From: Macrostomum lignano
Lineage: Eukaryota
NCBI GenBank assembly: GCA_002269645.1
Contig: NIVC01002916.1
Span: 62,001-126,000 of the forward strand
Length of the DNA: 64,000 bases
Direction: 5' to 3'
Made by a program: the position numbers and the translations under genes. Positions 39,524-53,353 of the stretch are shown in pieces (position 1 is the stretch's first letter; the number at the start of each line of letters is the position of its first letter). Below the pieces are notes generated by a model. The model was not told the origin of the DNA, did no database searches, and was given only the letters and a program-made list of their open reading frames with translations.

Positions 39524-39993
39524 TCAGCAAGCCGAGCCGGTCGCGCAGTCGCTCTGCAGCTGCAGCCCCGTTGCTCCGCCGATGGCGGCCGCAGCACCCG
39601 CTGGGACCGGCGGCCGGGGCAGGCGCCGCTTAAGCCAGTCGTGGCGCAGAGCCTCACGCGGGGTCATCCTCTCCTCGGGCAGCCAGAGCAGGCAACGGCG
39701 CAGGAAGTCGAGGAACAGCGGATCCGCCGCAGCGCCGGTGCCTTTGAGGGCGGTCGGCAGGTCGCGGCTACCCGGAGGCCCGCGGAATTTGCCGCGCCTC
39801 GACCGGCCGCCCTTCAGCTGCGGCGAGCCGTCGGGGCCGGCGTCCACGGAGGAGTAGCGGGGCAGGCCGCGGGACGAGAAGAACACCTTGGTGCGCCGGC
39901 AGGCGTCAAGGAGGGCCTGCGGCGGCGTGCCGCACAGCTCCATGATGCAGGCCAGCTGGTCGCCTTCGTCCTCGCCGGGGAACAGCGGGTAGC
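39524..39993 (-). CDS. DYRK2: Class-2 DYRK kinase terminal exon
   Basis: cgcag|[53 protein letters not shown] is nearly identical to DYRK2. Confidence 0.93.
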
Positions 39994-40139
39994 CTGCGCG
40001 GCCATTGCGGGGTGCCAATTAGCGGGGGACGCGCAAAGGAAGGAAGGGCAAAGAAATGCGGGCAAAAAGGTAATCGCGGGGGCGGTCAAGCGTGAGGCAG
40101 GTGCAGCGCGGAGCAGGTGGGTTCGAAATGATACAGCTA

Positions 40140-41111
<972 letters not shown>

Positions 41112-41704
41112 TTATCGCGAAGAAAACCGCCGTCCCAGTTGCTCATCAGCTCATAATTAGGGCGAATACGGGCTCAAGCAATCTAGCTGCAGAAGCTGCA
41201 GAGCTCAGCGCTTTCGAGGCCCGGCCCTGTAATTCATCCTGTCCGCTGACTGAGCAAAGGAAACTCAAAAACTTCATCTTGGATGCCTTGTGGGAGGTTA
41301 GTACAGGGTGACAATGGTTGCCTAGGCAACCAGTACTTCGTCTTTTTCCTCTGGCTGGCTTTTACTCATAGAAGCGTTATCAGTATGGGACCGAGCGCTT
41401 CTAGTTTGAGGTAGAGGCTATTTGAGCTTGAGTTTGAAAACAGGCAGATTGATAGAAGGATTAAAAGAGACAAAAGAGTGCTGCTACGATTGGGTCGGAG
41501 CTCCGATATGTATCGAAAAACGATTATCTAAACTACATGCACATTGATGCAAATCGGCCAAGAAAATAAAGGCAAGGTAAGGAACCCGGTAAATATAAAG
41601 TGACGCTCCGCCGCAGGTAGTTTGGGAAGGATGGGCGACGAAAATCGGCAGGAAAATTCTCGATAAATTCAAAATGTCTCCAGTGTTACCTGGACCGGGT
41701 AACG

Positions 41705-42915
41705 AGACCCAAACCGCCTAACCCAGACCCAAACCCTAACCCTAAGCCTAACCTAGACCCAAACCGCCTAACCCAGACCCAAACCCTAACCCTAAGCCTA
41801 ACCCAGACCCAAACCGCCTAACCCAGACCCAAACCCTAAGCCAAACCCAAACCCTAACCCAGACCCAAACCCTAAGCCAAACCCAAACCCTAACCCAAAC
41901 CCAAACCCTAACCCAAACCCAAACCCTAAGCCAAACCCAAACCCTAAGCCAAACCCAAACCCTAAGCCAGACCCAAACCCTAAGCCAAACCCAAACCCTA
42001 ACCCAGACCCAAACCCTAAGCCAAACCCAAACCCTAAGCCAAACCCAAACCCTAAGCCAAACCCAAACCCTAAGCCAAACCCAAACCCTAAGCCAAACCC
42101 AAACCCTAAGCCAAACCCAAACCCTAAGCCAAACCCAAACCCTAAGCCAAACCCAAACCCTAAGCCAAACCCAAACCCTAAGCCAAACCCAAACCCTAAG
42201 CCAAACCCAAACCCTAAGCCAAACCCAAACCCTAAGCCAAACCCAAACCCTAAGCCAAACCCAAACCCTAAGCCAAACCCAAACCCTAAGCCAAACCCAA
42301 ACCCTAAGCCAAACCCAAACCCTAAGCCAAACCCAAACCCTAAGCCAAACCCAAACCCTAAGCCAAACCCAAACCCTAAGCCAAACCCAAACCCTAAGCC
42401 AAACCCAAACCCTAAGCCAAACCCAAACCCTAAGCCAAACCCAAACCCTAAGCCTAACCCAGACCCAAACACTAAGCCAAAGCCAAACCCTAACCCAAAC
42501 CCAAACCCTAAGCCTAACCCAGACCCAAACACTAAGCCAAACCCAAACCCTAAGCCAAACCCAAAGCCAAACCCTAAGCCAAACCCAAACCCTAAGCCAA
42601 ACCCAAACCCTAAGCCAAACCCAAACACTAAGCCAAACCCAAACCCTAAGCCAAACCCAAAGCCAAACCCTAAGCCAAACCCAAACCCTAAGCCAAACCC
42701 AAACCCTAAGCCAAACCCAAACCCTAAGCCAAAGCCAAACCCTAAGCCAAACCCAAACCCTAACCCAGACCCAAACACTAAGCCAAAGCCAAACCCTAAG
42801 CCAAACCCAAACCCTAAGCCAAACCCAAACCCAGACCCAAATCCAAAACCTAAGCCAAACCCAAACCCAGACCGAGACCGAGACCCAAACCCAAACCCTA
42901 ACCTAAACACTAACC
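41705..42915. repeat. 18-bp telomere-like minisatellite (AAACCCAAACCCTAAGCC)
   Basis: Built from CCCTAA/CCCAAA/GCCAAA hexamers. Confidence 0.95.
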
Positions 42916-42980
42916 TAAATTTTCGGGCTCCCACAGAACTTCTTTAACTATCAAATCACACATAAAACGCCGTTCCTCAC

Positions 42981-43324
42981 TTTGTTCCGGTGCAGCAGCT
43001 CAAGGCACTGCAGGATGGAGTGGGCGAACTTGCGCACCAGCTGCAGCGAAAATCCCTGGAAGCGATTCTTCCGCACCAGCTCGTAGAGGTTCATTGACAG
43101 CAGCTCGAACACGATGCACACGTGATTGCGGAAGCTGAAGGTCTCCAAAATGTGCACTACATTGCTGCAGCCCTCCCGGTCCTGACGTTTCAGCAGCTCC
43201 AGGATGCGGACCTCTTCGGCAGCTTGTCGACTGAACCGCTTCTCGTTGCGGACCATCTTCAGGGCCACGTGCTGCCCCGTCTTGTGGTCGAAGCACTTCA
43301 GTACCTGACCGAAGCTGCCCTTGC
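42981..43324 (-). CDS. DYRK2: DYRK kinase exon (Gly loop to subdomain VI)
   Basis: [49 protein letters not shown]; canonical splice sites. Confidence 0.95.
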
Positions 43325-43369
43325 CTGCGCAGGTTCAGAATGAGGATTGACGTGAGATCCCTGTCGCTC

Positions 43370-44100
43370 AGGGATGGAAATCAGAGTGATGGGATCAGGA
43401 TTCATGTGATAGAGGATGGGGAATCGGAATGATGGGATCAGAATTCATGTGACTCAGGGATGGGGAAGCGGAGTGATAGGATCGGGATCCCAGTGACTAA
43501 GGGATGGGGAATCAGAGTGGGATCAGGATCCCAGTGACTCAGGGATGGAGAATCGAAGTGATGGGATCAGGATCCCAGTGACTCAGGGATGGAGAATCGG
43601 AGTGATGGGATCAGGATCTCCCAGTGACTCAGGGATGGAGAATCGGAGTGATGGGATCAGGATCTCCCAGTGACTCAGGGATGGAGAATCGGAGTGATGG
43701 GATCAGGATCTCCCAGTGACTCAGGGATGGAGAATCGGAGTGATGGGATCAGGATCTCCCAGTGACTCAGGGATGGAGAATCGGAGTGATGGGATCAGGA
43801 TCCCAGTGACTCAGGGATGGAGAATCGGAGTGATGGGATCAGGATCTCCCAGTGACTCAGGGATGGAGAATCGGAGTGATGGGATCAGGATCTCCCAGTG
43901 ACTCAGGGATGGAGAATCGGAGTGATGGGATCAGGATCTCCCAGTGACTCAGGGATGGAGAATCGGAGTGATGGGATCAGGATCCCAGTGACTCAGGGAT
44001 GGAGAATCGGAGTGATGGGATCAGGATCCCAGTGACTCAGGGATGGAGAATCGGAGTGATGGGATCAGGATCCCAGTGACTCAGGGATGGAGAATCGGAG
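43370..44100. repeat. 44/46-bp minisatellite
   Basis: CCCAGTGACTCAGGGATGGAGAATCGGAGTGATGGGATCAGGAT. Confidence 0.93.
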
Positions 44101-44819
44101 GTTCAGAGTGCAGGGATCTCGATTCCAATCATTCAAGACAGATCATGCAGTTATACAGCTGCAAAGATAATTTTTACAAAAAAATATTTACAAAGTGCAC
44201 CGAAAAAAACAAACTGAGCTTATAGGACTCCTCTAGACGCCCCGGAGACCGCCTGGTGCCCCGGAACTCACGCTCATAAAAGCACTTTGCAGTTCAGATT
44301 CAACAGAGCTGGGGGGGGGGGGGTAGACGGATGGTTCAGTCGAGAGAAGTGCACGCGAGGGCCGGCTGGGACCGCATGGTGGGCTCAGAGCAGCTCAGCT
44401 GGGGAGACTGGAAACTAATCCCAATGTTAATAGGCTCACAGTAGTTCCTACCAGCGTATTTCTTGCCTACTAGCAAAGGGGAAAACAAAACCTGAGACCT
44501 CATTTGCAAAGCAGTAGTCAAGGCAACTAGCAACTAATACGTAGTATTTAAAAGTACATGTATGGTGAAGTGGAAGATGAGTAAGATAATGAAAGAAATT
44601 CTGTGCTCGAGTCATTAGCGCATGGCAACCGCATTAGCGAGCTCGGCACCTTAGATCAAAAGAAATAATGGGACTGCAAAGTCGGTACTTTGCTTGCGGC
44701 TGCTCGCAACGGTGAGACAGAGGGAGGGCGAGATCGACATTCATTAGGCAACTCGGCGAACCCGATGCAAAAGAAAAATTTAAGGATTTGAAGTTTGTGT
44801 TTGACTCTTGGAGTGCATT

Positions 44820-45228
44820 GTGGTGAGAGTTGATCCGGACAGCACACACGATTGTGTTGCATTGGGTGAGAGTTGATCCGGACAGCACACACGATTGTGT
44901 TGCATTGGGTGAGAGTTGATCCGGACAGCACACACGATTGTGTTGCATTGGGTGAGATTTGATCCGGACAGCACACACGATTGTGTTGCATTGGGTGAGA
45001 GTTGATCCGGACAGCACACACGATTGTGTTGCATTGGGTGAGAGTTGATCCGGACAGCACACACGATTGTGTTGCATTGGGTGAGATTTGATCCGGACAG
45101 CACACACGATTGTGTTGCATTGGGTGAGAGTTGATCCGGACAGCACACACGATTGTGTTGCATTGGGTGAGAGTTGATCCGGACAGCACACACGATTGTG
45201 TTGCATTGGGTGAGAGTTGATCCGGACA
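44820..45228. repeat. 43-bp minisatellite, ~9.5 copies
   Basis: GGTGAGAGTTGATCCGGACAGCACACACGATTGTGTTGCATTG. Confidence 0.95.
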
Positions 45229-45386
45229 AGCACTGTTCACCAGGATAGCCAGAACCAGAAAGAACCGAGAAATCACCAATGAATTCTTTGACGCGAAGCC
45301 CTACTGCTGTCCTAGTGACTGCAAATACTAAATCACCCAGCAGAGTGGCGAGTCAAAGAGCGAAGCCATCGACCAACGTCAGGTAT

Positions 45387-45859
45387 ATGGCTGAAATCGA
45401 GCGACTTGACGAGAGCAGCAACCTTGACCACTGGATGGATCGCTTCGAAATCTCTGCGCAGTGTTTCGACTGAACCGAAGCCAACAAGCTCCTGAGTTCT
45501 GCTTCTGCTCTTGAGGATTTGCCTGAAGCTCTATGACAAGCTGGCGGGCTATTTACCGCCGGAAAAGCCTTACAAGAAGTCCTGTTGCCTACGATCTAGG
45601 TAGAGGCTTTCGAAACCTAAGACGCGAAGCCAGCGAGCAAGTTCGCGCATTTTCCGAAAGACTGCTTATTGGAGCGGAGAAGTGCGAGTTTTCTAATAAG
45701 GATGAGCGGCTGAGAGATCAGTTTATTTGTGGACTGAACAACCAAGCGATCATCGCCAAGCTGATAGTCAAGGACCACAGTAAGCTGACATTCAAGCAGG
45801 CTACAAGTGATGCCGAGGCGCCAAAGACGGACTCGGGCATGATCCTCACGGCGCGATGA
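45387..45859 (+). pseudogene. Degenerate Ty3/Gypsy gag relic in a DYRK2 intron
   Basis: Broken frames ..LDHWMDRFE.. and ..CEFSNKDERLRDQFICGLNN..IIAKL..LTFKQA are typical of Gypsy gag; stops and frameshifts present; matching LTRs not found. Confidence 0.6.
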
Positions 45860-46830
45860 AGAACTCAAAGGATCCTGACAGGATACATCCGTTAAAGGGA
45901 GCCAAGAAGACCTTGCCACAAGTGTGGAGCCCAGCGTTTGGCAAGACGTGAAACGCATGTGGTAAGAGCAATCACTCTGCCAAAGTCTGCCGGTCAGGAC
46001 AGAAACCAAAGAAGCAGACGGCCGGTAGAAGAAAATCAATAGTGCAGCACATGACTGAAAGTTAGAGTACTGGGGATACTCGCAGCCGAAGCCAGCGGCT
46101 GTCGTTGCCGTCAACAGAGACCCAGGGAACCAATAGCGATTATTGCGAAAATTTTTCTCCCGATTTGCAACAGCATGGCGTTGATCAGGGCAGAGGACGA
46201 GCCGCCTAAGCATAAACGGGGCCAGTTTGATCAACTACAACCGTCAGCTGGCCGAAACAATCTGGAGGACAAGCCAAGTCAACATCTGACGGGTTCAGAC
46301 CGGGAGAATACGAGCGCGTAACTAGGGGAGGAGATGAGCTGATCAACGTTCAACAGCCCGAGTAAGGCGCAAAAGTCACCAGTGAATTACAAGCTCTAAA
46401 TGACTGACTGACTCTGTTTGCGTCTGTTTAAATCACTTTACCCATTGTAAGGGGGAAGGTGGTGTGGATCTGCTCAGGCTAACACAGACAACTGGAAGCG
46501 CCTCAGTCTCGCGTTATTTTTATAAAGTAGCTCGGGCAGAAAGAGAAAATTATAAAAAGGTAAAAAGGCGTGCACTCGTCTATCACGAGATACGTAAAGT
46601 ATGCCAAAACTCAGTGGAAAACCCAGACTTCGTCTCTGTGTTTCAGTCGTAACAAGATTCGCTTTTTTTACAATGGATTGCATGTAATTGGATTCAGTTT
46701 TCAATGGTTTGTGATGAGATTAGATTCCAATTGCAGTGAATTAGGGTGAGATTAGATTCATATCGTAGTGGATTGGAGTGAGAATAGATTCAGATTGCAG
46801 TGGATTTGAATCAATCTAAGCCGGACTCAC

Positions 46831-46985
46831 CTATGATTTTGAGCACCTCGTACCGATATGCGATGTGGTCGTGCGCAACGTGCTGGTAGGAGCCCTGCTC
46901 GTCGTCGAAGCCGCAGTTGTTCGGCCCGCCGGGCATCGCCTGCCGCTTTTTCACGTTCGGCCCGACAAAGTAGATCTCTGGGTAG
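46831..46985 (-). CDS. DYRK2: DYRK kinase exon (NAPA/DH box)
   Basis: [37 protein letters not shown]; phases 2/1 are consistent. Confidence 0.93.
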
Positions 46986-47069
46986 CTGCGTGGTGGACAG
47001 ATGTGCGGGATTGCGGTTTGGGGCGCGATGTGGAGTAGCAAAGAGTAAAAAGAAAGTTATGTGGGCCGG

Positions 47070-47505
47070 GGAGTGAGGTGGGTGGGAAGTGAGGTGGGTG
47101 GAGTGAGGTGGGTGGAGTGAGGTGGGTGGGAAGTGAGGTGGGTGGGGAGTGAGGTGGGTGGAGAGTGAAGTGGGTGGGAAGTGAAGTGGGTGGGGAGTGA
47201 GGTGGGTGAGGAGTGAGGTGGGTGAGGAGTGGAGTGGGTGGGGAGTGAGGTGGGTGGGGATTGAGGTGGGTGGTGAGTGAAATGGGTGGGGCGTGAGGTG
47301 GGTGGGGAGTGAGGTGGGTGTTGAGTGAAGTGGGTGGGAAGTGGAGTGGGTGGGAAGTGAAGTGGGTGGGAGTGAGGTGGGTGAGGAGTGGAGTGGGTGG
47401 GGAGTGAGGTGGGTGGGGAGTGAGGTGGGTGGGGAGTGAGGTGGGTGGGGATTGAGGTGGGTGGTGAGTGAAATGGGTGGGGCGTGAGGTGGGTGGGGAG
47501 TGAGG
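47070..47505. repeat. G-rich ~17-bp minisatellite (GAGTGAGGTGGGTGGG)
   Basis: In a DYRK2 intron. Confidence 0.9.
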
Positions 47506-47513
47506 TATCTCAC

Positions 47514-47736
47514 TCGAGAATCTCCTGGTGTTCATAGTCGCTGAGCCGGTGCATGTAGAGCTTCATTGCTGTCTCTGGGCTCACAGACTGGCCCGCTTTG
47601 GCGGCGAAAGCACCCAGGATGCCATTGGCGCTGCCCCCGCCGCCTTTGCCATTAGCAGATGCACTGCTTGATGCTCGGCCACCGCCGCTGCCACTGCCAC
47701 CAGCAGAGGTCGACACGGGGGCAGTGTCAGCGCCAT
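47514..47736 (-). CDS. DYRK2: DYRK kinase N-terminal exon (5' boundary uncertain, may reach 47853)
   Basis: SPETAMKLYMHRLSDYEHQEI is the class-2 NAPA1 motif (TPEQAMKQYM.KL..FEHHEI); donor GA|gtgaga at 47513. Confidence 0.8.
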
Positions 47737-49289
47737 CTGTTCCTTAGAGCCACCCCGTGATGCCTGGACAGGAAATGTGACAGCTCGGGCGCCAACTCCG
47801 TTGCCATTGATGTGCGGCAGGCGCGGCTGCTGCTGGTCCACGTCAGCGCGCATGCGATGTCAGATTTGTTGTGCTGGCCTGAAAATTTCCAGTCGTGGCC
47901 ATGGTCAGTGGTCCATAAACCATTTGGCTGTTGCATAAAAATTTTCAGAAAGAAATCGGAGATACAAAAAGTTCAATTCAAAATGATATTTGAAGGCTTA
48001 TTAACAGACTTTGATATAAAACTATATAGAATTTAGGAATTGCACCAAGGGTATTAATAATGCTTAAATGCGAAAACTAACCATAGTCCAGATTATGCTG
48101 ATTGGTAGAAGTTTTAGCACTCCTGAACTTTATGCCACATATGCCAACTTAAAATTTATGCCTACTATTCATACAAACAAAGAAATCAGAGAACTTATAA
48201 AAGAAATAATTCTTAAAGACAAGTGTATATATACACTTGCTATAATTCATAGATAAGAATTTTCTCTATACTAGCCTATAAAAACATGTCAATATGAACT
48301 TTTAATTTAAAATACAATTAACATAATTTTGCTAATATAAACAGTATATAGCTAAATTTTTATATACACAAAGTATGCCAATTTCTTTGCCAACCTCTGA
48401 CATAAAAACATTTGTCTAATTATACAAAACTTTTCTAGACAATTCAAATCTTAAATCTAAAATAAATGAGTACATTACACTTGCATAGGCAATCAATAAA
48501 AATTTTATAAATAGGTATATATTTCCAAAATTTTAATTTACTTGAGCAGCATTAAGCCTTCAAAAGTACTAGCAATAAAAAATGCATGTCTAAAGTGGCC
48601 ACACACTAAAGGTGGCCATAGCTCTAATTGGCTTGTGCAATGAGAAATAGATTTGAACTTCTTTTAATTGCTATTAGCTATTTCTAGCTACTAGGATATA
48701 GAGAAGACCATTGTGTATATCTCTTTGGTCTCAACTATAATTTTGACTATAATTAATTATAATTGCCAGTTATATATATATAGCTAAATAGCCAGTTATA
48801 TATATATAACTAATATATATATATATATTAGTTACCATTCAAAAGCTATCTGATACTAGATATTTTGGCAAATAAGGTAGGGAGATTGAGGTAGAGGGGA
48901 TTAATAAGAGAGCTTCCATTCCTATATCCTATCCTTCTCATCTTTCTAAACCAAAAAAGAAATGGGTTTGCTTTGTAGCCATTGTAGCCACGTTGGTCTG
49001 TGGCCACCTTGGTCTATCATCATATAAAATAATAAAAAAGTAAAAAATGACTATAATAATATACTATTATTAATTCTAGAAAATTCTCAATTAAACTTTT
49101 GGGAAACACTATGTATACTTTTGGTACTTTAATATTAATTATATATATTTAATATTATATATTATATAATTTATTATACCTGACCTAATTAGGGAGATGT
49201 GCAACCAACAGCTTAGCTACAGCTATTTGTGTGGCATATCTAAAGGCTGTTCAGTCCAAAGACTGGGGAGTCGCCACAAACACCCTCAA

Positions 49290-49360
49290 ATACCCCAGCT
49301 GATGCTGGCACCCATTTTACATCTGGGTGAACTAAAACAATGCAGAGTTAAGCTTTCTTA
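49290..49360 (-). mobile_element. Possible CORE-SINE-like remnant
   Basis: cccattttacatctgggtgaact..agagttaag resembles the reverse of the CORE domain (cccattttacagatgaggaaact..agaggttaag); short and diverged. Confidence 0.25.
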
Positions 49361-50105
49361 ATCTTAATATTTGGCATTTGTATGGCATTTAGTATTAAAG
49401 TACAAATATGAATGTAAAAAACTGTTTAAAATGTATTCTATAATACAAAATTTTCTGACTATATATGCATTAAAGTATTTTTATCATTTATAATTTTAAG
49501 ATGTACTTATTGCTATATTATTAGTATTGCAAATAGGATCGAGTCAAAAATGCATTTAATGTACTTTAATAATTATATTAAGTTAGCTGATCAGCTAGAT
49601 TTTAAATATCTAGTCAATTGGCACAATGTTCTATAGGCCTACATAAAAATCTATAGTTTATATTGGAGTTAGCAGATCTTTAAAAAAATATAAATTATTT
49701 TTTTGAATTCTATTGAAATAAAACAAGCTTGGACAAAGGAACCTTTCAAAAAAGTGGTAATGCTTGAAAGAATACGTCAAAGGCAAATATCAAAGCTATG
49801 TTTTCAGTATAGCCTACAGTAAAAATATTGTATCTTCTTAGCGATTGGGGGGAGGGGCATTGTCTAGTATTCGGCCATACTGACTCCAATTCCTACACCT
49901 ATGTAAAAAAGCTCAAAGGTTGAATACTCCTAACAGAATATGCACAAATGCCCACATTCCACATATACTAAGCATCACAAAAAATCTCTTTAGATACTAA
50001 ACGCCTAAGTTTTTGTTCCATCAGTACACAGTTGACAGTTCGAGGGAGGGACGAGGGAGGAGGACGAATCTCTAGGTACAGACTCGATAAAGCAAAAATT
50101 TAAAC

Positions 50106-50497
50106 GGGTCTCCCTAAAACACGCACCGCCCCGCCCCGAACCGCTACACATTATAACATTTTTTGTCAACGCAGTATTTGATTGCAAAGAAAACTATTTG
50201 TTGTACAAGTAATGGAATAAATATCTTTAAACAATATTATAAATATTGTTATTATTTTTTATATTCTTGTTTTCATTATTAAATTATATTATTATTTTTA
50301 TTATTATTATTATTACAATTATTATTAATAATATCACTTATTATTCACCGAATTTTATATTTCATAGTAAAAAACTTAATTTAATAAAAACTTTGAAGCT
50401 TAACAGAAAACGCATTTTGAAGTGTCTTCAGTTATAGTCCAATTTGTTTTAATGTGTAGCGCTGCAGGGCGGTGCGGGGCGTGTTTTAGGGAGACCC
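50106..50497. mobile_element. MITE-like element with ~55-bp imperfect TIRs and an AT-rich interior
   Basis: GGGTCTCCCTAAAACACGC...CGCTACACATTA vs TAATGTGTAGCG...GCGTGTTTTAGGGAGACCC. Confidence 0.7.
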
Positions 50498-50809
50498 AAT
50501 TTAAACCTAACCACGATAATATTGAAAGCGATAAAACAATTTAGTTGTCTTTAACAAGCACTTGGCGCAAAAGTGCAGACCTGTCCAATTGATTGCATAA
50601 TTATATTTAATTTTACCCACACAGTCAATATAAAGAATCAATTCAACAATAACATTAAAAACTTAGTTAACTGGAAAATTACAAGTGTTTGAGTTTAACT
50701 TGATAATGGCCAAAGCACGAGCGTGCGTAGGCATTATCAACGACGCTACCCACTTAAGAGGTATATGGGACATATAGGAACATTATTTCGGCTTTCTTCT
50801 TATATTTGC

Positions 50810-51309
50810 ACAAGCTGTTGAAACCCGCGGATTTTGAACCCGGGGAATTCCAATCCCCGGAACTACTTTTGCATGTTTTCTGAAATCTAAGGCCATACAC
50901 AAACAAATTAATGTTAGTGGGATAGAGGTAGACATAAAATGGAGCACATTCGTGTAAAATTAGGGTTTGAGGCAAACGTTGATATTGTTTGCTGGGGTAC
51001 TCCACAGAATGTCTCTTCCTTGTCCTCTCTATTCTTTTCTCTCTTCTCTTAACTCTCTCCTCTACTCTCTCATCTCTCCTCTCTACTCTTTCCTCTCTCT
51101 CTCCTCTCTCCCCTCTTCTCTCGTCTCTTCCCTCACCTCTTTCCTCTCTCTCTTTCCTCTCATCTCTTTTCTTGTTTTATCTCTTCTCTCTCCCCTCGTC
51201 GCTCGTCTCTTCCCTCACCTCTCTCTCTCACCTCTCGTCCGCTCTTTCATCTCTCCTTTCTCTTCCTTTATCTTTTCTCTCTTATCTCTTCTCGTTTCTC
51301 TCTGCTCTG

Positions 51310-51388
<79 letters not shown>

Positions 51389-53353
51389 CTCTCCCATCTC
51401 TCTTCTCCTCTCTACTCTCTCCCCTCTTCATTCTCCTACTTCCTCTTCTCTCTCCCTGTCTCTCCTCTCTCCTCTAGTCTCTGTAATCTCTTCTCTCTTA
51501 TCTCTCCTCTGTTCTCTCTACTCTCCCATCTCTCGTCTGTTCATCTGCTCTCTCATCTGTCATCTTTACTCTCTTATACGTTCTCTCACTTATCTCCTCT
51601 GTACTCTTCTCTTTCACCTCTTCTGACTCCTCTCTTTCCTTACTCCTTTCTTCTTTTCTCTTCCCTCTTCTATACTCTCTCTCTCATCTATTATCTTCTC
51701 TCGTCTCTCTGCACTCTCCTCTCACCTTTTTCATCTCTCATCTCTTCTTTCATCTGTCTCATCTCTACAATCTCATCTCTTTCCTCTCTCCTCCTCTTCC
51801 CTTTACTCTCTCATCTCTCCTTTCTCCCCTCTTCTTTCACCACTCTCTTATCTCTATCTCTTCTCTTCTCACTCCTCTATCCCCTCTTATCTCCTCTCTT
51901 CTCTATCCTTTCTCCTCTCTCCTCTCTAATCTCTCCACTCCTCTTGACCCTCTGTCATCTTCTTTCTGCTCTCTCATCTCTACTCTCTTCTCGATCTTCT
52001 CTACTCTCCTCTCTCATCGATCCTCTGTCTCATCTCTCCCCTCCTCTCGCTTCTTCCTCCCTTCTTCTCTGCTCTCTCCTCAACCACTTTTTCTTTTCAC
52101 TCTCATCTGGCCCGCAGCCATGAGCTGGATTCTTTATCTGGCCTTTGAGATAAAAATCTGCCAATCCCTGCTTCGAAAGTACTATCATGGGACGTTAGTA
52201 CTATCACGGTTATTATCATTTCTCATGCTTTAATCACGTCATCTTTCTGGCCAATTAGCAGCCCTGAGAGGAATTTGTGTATCTCCATTCTCCAGCTCCA
52301 CCACCACAGTCTGCAGCAGTCTAACAACCAAGGAAATACGCATTTCTTAGGAGGCCATTTAAATTTTAAAGTTACCTTATGCGAATCTTAATGTTAAAAT
52401 TTTCATGGTGTAACTAATTTAGTAGGATTGCATTGTAATCAGTTCATTGTAATCATTAATTTTTCGCTATTTTTACAAACCATCCCACATCGCCTTGATT
52501 TGCCATTCTTGTTTAACTCCTGCAGACTTGTCTTATACAGGAGTGAGGACAGTGGTTGAATCTCTCGCTAAACTCTCTCCTGCTCCACGCCTCTCCACTC
52601 GCGGGGGTACAGAGAAGGCTATTCCAAAACACTGTACATTCGCTATGTACATTGAGCCCTATCGCCTGACCCTTCGTCTAGCTCTGGGGGAATGAGTGAG
52701 TCAGTGGCACAAACAACAGAAAAAGCAGACAAACTTCACATGCTTACAGTTTCTTTTTCGGTTGAGTTACAGAGTTGAAACTTTACATTTAGATAGAGAA
52801 TGGGTCAATGAAGAATTGTGTCAAGTTTGAAGTCAATCGCTTTACGTACGTGGAGCAAACTTATGGCAGCTGAAAGTTAGTCAATTTTGAAACCCTTTTA
52901 CACATCTGGGCCCAGATTGGGATCAGGAAAGAGAGGCAGGCGGGCGGAGATTGGGGTGGTTGCTACGCTGAAAAAACAGCCTAACTTTAAAAGTGCACAG
53001 CACCGCTCAGGATTAACTTTGAGACTCGAAATTTTACATGATTGTGCCAAAATAGTTAAAGATTATCTGTGTCAAATTTGAAGAGAATCGGTAGAAGTGG
53101 AGCGGCGCTATGGAGGATTAAGTGAAAAAATCGCGCATTTTGAGCAGTTTTTTGTACTTTTAGGTAGGAAGACTCAAATTTAGGAAATTAAAAGGTAGCC
53201 TAAGACATTCTCCGTAGTAAGTTTAGGGTGGGTGTAAAGTTTGGTGTCATTTGGTTGAGCGGTTTGGGAGTCCATAGCGATCAAAATTGTCCACACACAG
53301 ACAGACACACACACACACACAGACACACAGAGTTTTGATTTTTATAGGTAGAG
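50810..53353 (+). mobile_element. Non-autonomous Helitron/Helentron-like element, copy A
   Basis: 5' ACAAGCTGTTG..CCCGCGG with hairpin CCGGGGA-ATTCCAA-TCCCCGG; internal CT-rich tract; 3' (CA/GACA)n microsatellite followed by ..TTTTTATAGGTAGAG, as in Lep1/DINE-1-like elements. Confidence 0.55.

Noticed and set aside
45340-46460. Complete LTR retrotransposon (PBS-like TGGCGAG at ~45346, purine tracts at ~46324 and ~46449)
   Set aside because: No paired LTRs or pol domains were found; only a gag relic is supported.
50815-50860. GGTTCAAAATCC (minus strand) as a tRNA/SINE B-box
   Set aside because: No cloverleaf and no properly spaced A-box; better explained as the 5' hairpin region of the Helitron-like element.
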